A model generated the notes under the pieces. It was not told the DNA's origin. It was given only the letters and a program-made list of their open reading frames with translations, and ran no database searches. Of a DNA stretch of 64,000 nt, positions 59,542-64,000 are shown piece by piece. Source of the stretch: Octopus sinensis (taxonomy: Eukaryota); contig NC_043000.1 of NCBI RefSeq assembly GCF_006345805.1, positions 156,116,001-156,180,000 on the forward strand, in the 5' to 3' direction. The translations under genes and the position numbers were made by a program. Numbering within the stretch: position 1 is the stretch's first letter; each line of letters begins with the position of its first letter.

Positions 59542-59939
59542 CTAGCAGTATCGCCCGGCGTTTCTCGGGTTTGTAAGGGAAATAACTATATAAGCATTTT
59601 TAGAGAGTTATAGCCAAAAAATACCAAAAAAATGCATTAAAAATGGAAAAAAATTATGGTAATTTTTTTTTTTAATCGTTGACTCATCGTAGACATTTTT
59701 AGAGAGTTACTTCCCTTATATAATAGCGAAAATGCATTAAAATGGAAAATAAATGATGGTAATTTTTTTTTTAATCGTAGACTCATCGTAGACGCGCGCT
59801 AATACCCAGAAGGGCTCGATATGAATCACGACTATAAGATACCCGGTTTTGGTTAAACTGCACCGCAAAATGTGGGAGTAGTTAGGAATCTAAATCGTAG
59901 GAGACAGACAGGACACAACCTTACTTTTATATATAAAGA
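59542..59939 (-). mobile_element. Non-autonomous Helitron H1 (copy 3)
   Basis: A^TC...CTAG^T on the - strand; two internal units of about 100 bp. Confidence 0.8.
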
Positions 59940-60169
59940 TATACAGAGAGAGAGAGAGAGAGAGAGAGTTTTATAGTTTTATAGTTTTCTGCAAAGAAAG
60001 TCCAGTCGTTGCCTCTGTGACGCAACAGTGCCTATTATATCATCATTATCGTTTTATTGCCCTTGATCAGCTTATGGACAATCTTAATCAAGCAAGCCTA
60101 AGATCAAAGACATGATCAAGATATGACTAATCTCCGGCTATATTATCTAATCAATCCACGAGATATATA

Positions 60170-60502
60170 TATCTGAGACCCCCCTCCGGTCCATGGGATT
60201 GCACCTAGAAAGTTACCCTCCCAGGCACAAGTCCGGGCTAGGTTGCTTATGGAAGACCAGCAGTCGCCCATGCATACCGACTTCCCCTCTCCACGCCACC
60301 AGTGTTATCCAAGGGAAAGGCAAAGGGGCCGATAAAGCTTGGCACCGGTAACGTCGCAACTCATTTCTACAACTGAGTGAACTGGAGCAACGTGAAATAA
60401 AGTGTCTTGCTCAAGAACACAACACGCAGCCCGATCCGGGATTCGAGCTCACAACCTCACGATCGTAAGCTCGACGCTCTAACCACTGAGCCATGCGCCT
60501 TC
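60170..60502 (-). mobile_element. SINE family D head + third tail type (Z)
   Basis: D head/core followed by a different 3' region. Confidence 0.75.
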
Positions 60503-60503
60503 T

Positions 60504-60608
<105 letters not shown>

Positions 60609-60967
60609 ATATATATATAATATATACACATTTTGTATATGAGTGTGTATATGTCTGTCAGTGCCTGTGTGTTTGCGCGTTCGTTGCGTACAAAATAGAA
60701 AAGGACACCACCACCACAACACATTTTGTATATGAGAGTATAGGTGTCTTTATCTTTTATTAAACTTTTAATACTTTTGATATATATTTAAAATAATATA
60801 AATTAATTAATTTTATGTATTGGCGTATGTTTTTCATTGTTTGATTTGCCTAATAGTGGTTTTATCTCTAATTTAATATAATATAATATAATATATTTTA
60901 CTATAAAATTGGATTTAATCGTAAATCTGATTTTCCCCTGTAAGTTTGGATTTATTTCCTAATATTT

Positions 60968-61042
<75 letters not shown>

Positions 61043-61044
61043 TA

Positions 61045-62825
61045 CTAGCTGAATTACCCGGTGTTACCGTGTTACTAGTGTTCTTATTCAGAAATATATT
61101 TTTCTCATATTTATTTCAAAATATCTATATATTTTATTTACAGATATCCAAATTGTAATGATGATAGAACTTAGAACTGAAAATCTGTCCATCCTGAAGC
61201 ACCCCAAGGTAAACAATATTCATTGTGTAAATTTTTGTTGGAGTCCAAATAAATAAATTGTTGCTGTTTCCAACTCGTGAGCAACCAACGTAGCGTTGGC
61301 CGTGGGGGAAGCATCAAGAAGAGAGATTAAGTCCAACTACCTTGAGGATTTGATCCTGAGATTTTCTAACTGAAATACCAAAATTTAGTTTAATTGGAAA
61401 CTTAAGCCTCTTAAATTCAAATGGAACATTTGTAGGTACGAGAGGTAAGTTTGGAATAAAGACATTTTCTTCTTTGTTATTACCTGTTATGATTGTTGCC
61501 TGTAGGACATGGGGCTTCACGGAAGTAACAGTTAAGCGAGTTCCTTTACACAAGCGAGGTGGGTCAAAATTCCTGAGCAACATTATGGGAGCATCCGGCT
61601 TTAATGTCAAGTTATGCGGTGACGTTCCAATGGATTTAAGTGTGTTCAGAAATTCGACAGGGTATTGAGCAGCCTGATCTTGATCGACTGTTGTGTGAAT
61701 TGATGGAAAAGTCATTTCTGATGCATCTTTTAACTTTTGATGAAGTTCATGATTGAGTTTATCAATCATTTCCTTAGTTGGAGCCAGTATAGGTCTTTCA
61801 CGTGGCGGCGCCAGTTTACATCAACGTAATTTGCAACCACACACACGCTCACACACACATAACCTCACTTAGAGTGACATACAAATACACTCTCACATAC
61901 ACTCACAAGCATGTACTAATACAGACACTCTGATATACATTTACGTAACGAACGCGCAAACACACACACACACACACACAACACACACACACACTCAGAC
62001 ACCTATACACTCATATACAAAATGTGTTGTGGTGGTGGTGGTGGTGGTGTCCTTTTCTATTTTGTACGTAAGGAACGCGCTAACACACAGGCACTGACAG
62101 ACACATACACACTCATATACAAAATGTGTTGTTGTCGTGGTATAAAATGTCCTTTACTATCTCGTACGTAACGAACGCGCAAACACACACACACACAGAC
62201 AGACAGACACATACACACTCATATACAAAATGTGTCGTTGACGTCGTTTAAAATATCCTTTACTATCTCGTGCATAACGAACGCGCAAATGCACACACTG
62301 AACGACACATACACATTCATATACAAAATGTGTTGTCGTCGTGGCGTAAAATGTCCTTTACCACGTCGTACGTAACGAACGTGCAAACATACACACACTC
62401 ACAGACACATACGCACGCATACACAAAATGTGACGTGGTCGTCATCGTGGTATAAAATGTCCTTTACTATAGTTGACTATGGAAAGATTATTTTCGAGAA
62501 AATGTAATATTATTTTAATCCAAATGAAGATAAAAATTACATGTTAACACTCTCCGCATCTTATACGATTACCTTGTAAAATTTGATTTCATTTGGTGTG
62601 CCGGCTGTCTGAGCAACTGGTTGATTTTAATGGCGGGACAAACAGGTAAAAAAATATTAGAAAAATAGCGATTCTCACCTTGAAACTAATTATATTGAAA
62701 TTTTTTTTTTAGATTACGGAACGTAATGTATCCATGTCATGTATCCATGTTTTAAATTTCAGTGCGATCGGATGAACAATACTCGAGATATAAACGCACA
62801 GACAGACACAGACAGAATATTAAGA
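61045..62825 (-). mobile_element. Helitron deletion derivative (family H2) retaining the helicase C-terminus
   Basis: 5' A^TCTTAATATT at 62825; 3' imperfect hairpin + CTAG^T at 61045-61048; internal tandem units; Pif1-like fragment. Confidence 0.75.
61194..61802 (-). pseudogene. Helitron Rep/Hel Pif1-like helicase C-terminal fragment
   Basis: ERPILAPT...YPVEFLNTL...PHNLTLK.DAPIMLLRNFDPPRLCKGTRL...FIP.LPL.P...PFEFKRLKFP...KSQ.Q.LKVVGL, stop, CFPHGQRYVGCSRVG...NIVYLGVLQ. Confidence 0.9.
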
Positions 62826-62839
62826 TGATATACTATGAC

Positions 62840-63330
62840 GGCAAGCTGGGCAAAATGCTTGGCGGTATTTCGTCTGCCGTTACGTTCTGAGTTCAAATTC
62901 CGCCGAGGTCGACTTTGTCTTTCATCCTTACGGGGTCGATAAATTAAGTACCAGTTACGCACTGGGGTCGATGTAATCGACTTAATCCGTTTGTCTGTCC
63001 TTGTTTGTCCCCTCTATGTTTAGCCCCTTGTGGGTAGTAAAGAAATAGGTATTTCGTCAGTTCTGAGTTCAAATTCCGCTGAGGTCGACTTCGCCATTCA
63101 TCCTTTCGGGGTCGATAAATTAAGTACCAGTTACGCACTGGGGTCGATGTAATCGACTTAATCCGTTTGACTGTCCTTGTTTGTCCTCTCTGTGTTTAGC
63201 CTGTTGTGGGTAGTAAAGAAATAGGTATTTCGTCAGTTCTGAGTTCAAATTCCGCTGAGGTCGACTTCGACATTCATCCTTTCGGGGTCGATAAATGAAG
63301 TACCCGTTGTGCACTGGGATCAATCTAATC
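62840..63330 (+). mobile_element. SINE family A, head + three bodies
   Basis: Junctions at 63047/63048 and 63223/63224. Confidence 0.85.
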
Positions 63331-63439
63331 AACTGCACCCCCCCCCTTCTTGTGCCTAGAGTATAAAAGAATATAAGTTATATACTTTAATCTTTTGAAA
63401 ACTGACTTTAATGTGTTATTTCTGTCGGGGTCAATGATT

Positions 63440-63850
63440 TTATTCTTTTGCTTGTTACAGTCATTTAAATGTGGCCATGCTGGAGCACCGTCTTGAATGA
63501 TTTTTAGCCGAATATAAAGCCTGGTACTTATTCTATCGTCTATTTTGCCAAACTGCTAAGTTACTGGTACATAGACACACCGACACCGGTTGTCAAGCGC
63601 TGATGGGGGGGGGGACAAACATGGTCACAACGACACACACACACACAACACACACACACACACACACGCACACACACACACGTATATCTATATCGACAGG
63701 TTTCTTTCAGTTTCCGTCTTCCAGTTCCACTCACAAGGCCTTTGGTCGGCCTGAGAATATAGTAGAAGACACTTGCCGAAGGTGTCACATAATAGGACTG
63801 AATCCGGGACCATGTGGTTGGGAAGCAAGCTTCTTACCACACAGCCACAG
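63440..63850 (-). mobile_element. SINE family B (diverged)
   Basis: Reverse-complement family B. Confidence 0.75.
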
Positions 63851-64000
63851 CTGCACTGATGTATAATGCTATAAAGTCTGTGAATAGCTTCCATAAAAAC
63901 ATAAAGGCGACTCCATACGATCTGCACTTGTTAGTTTACATTGACCTTTGTAGGTCATCTTAGACAGGGTTACAGGTATTTACTGAGTGATGTTGGCGTT

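Overview
AT-rich, repeat-dense animal genomic DNA. The tRNA-SINE families and very long microsatellites suggest an octopus or other coleoid (inference). The only host gene I can support is a two-pore cation channel, most likely TPC3, on the + strand. Its 5' end lies upstream of the window. Fourteen exons (1484-36454) splice in frame to 592 aa plus stop, running from the domain-I S4-S5 linker to the C-terminus. One intron (22682-23361) is a minor-spliceosome AT-AC intron directly after the second selectivity filter; the ORF track misses the exon that follows it. The rest of the window holds: four tRNA-derived SINE head types with shuffled tails; CR1/L2-group, RTE and Penelope-like retroelement fragments (one with a hammerhead ribozyme); non-autonomous Helitrons (one retaining a Pif1-helicase fragment); mariner remnants and MITEs; two long near-perfect palindromes; tandem repeats; and a 100-N gap. 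Most long ORFs in the track are microsatellite artefacts. All homology calls are made by eye from motifs, not from database searches.
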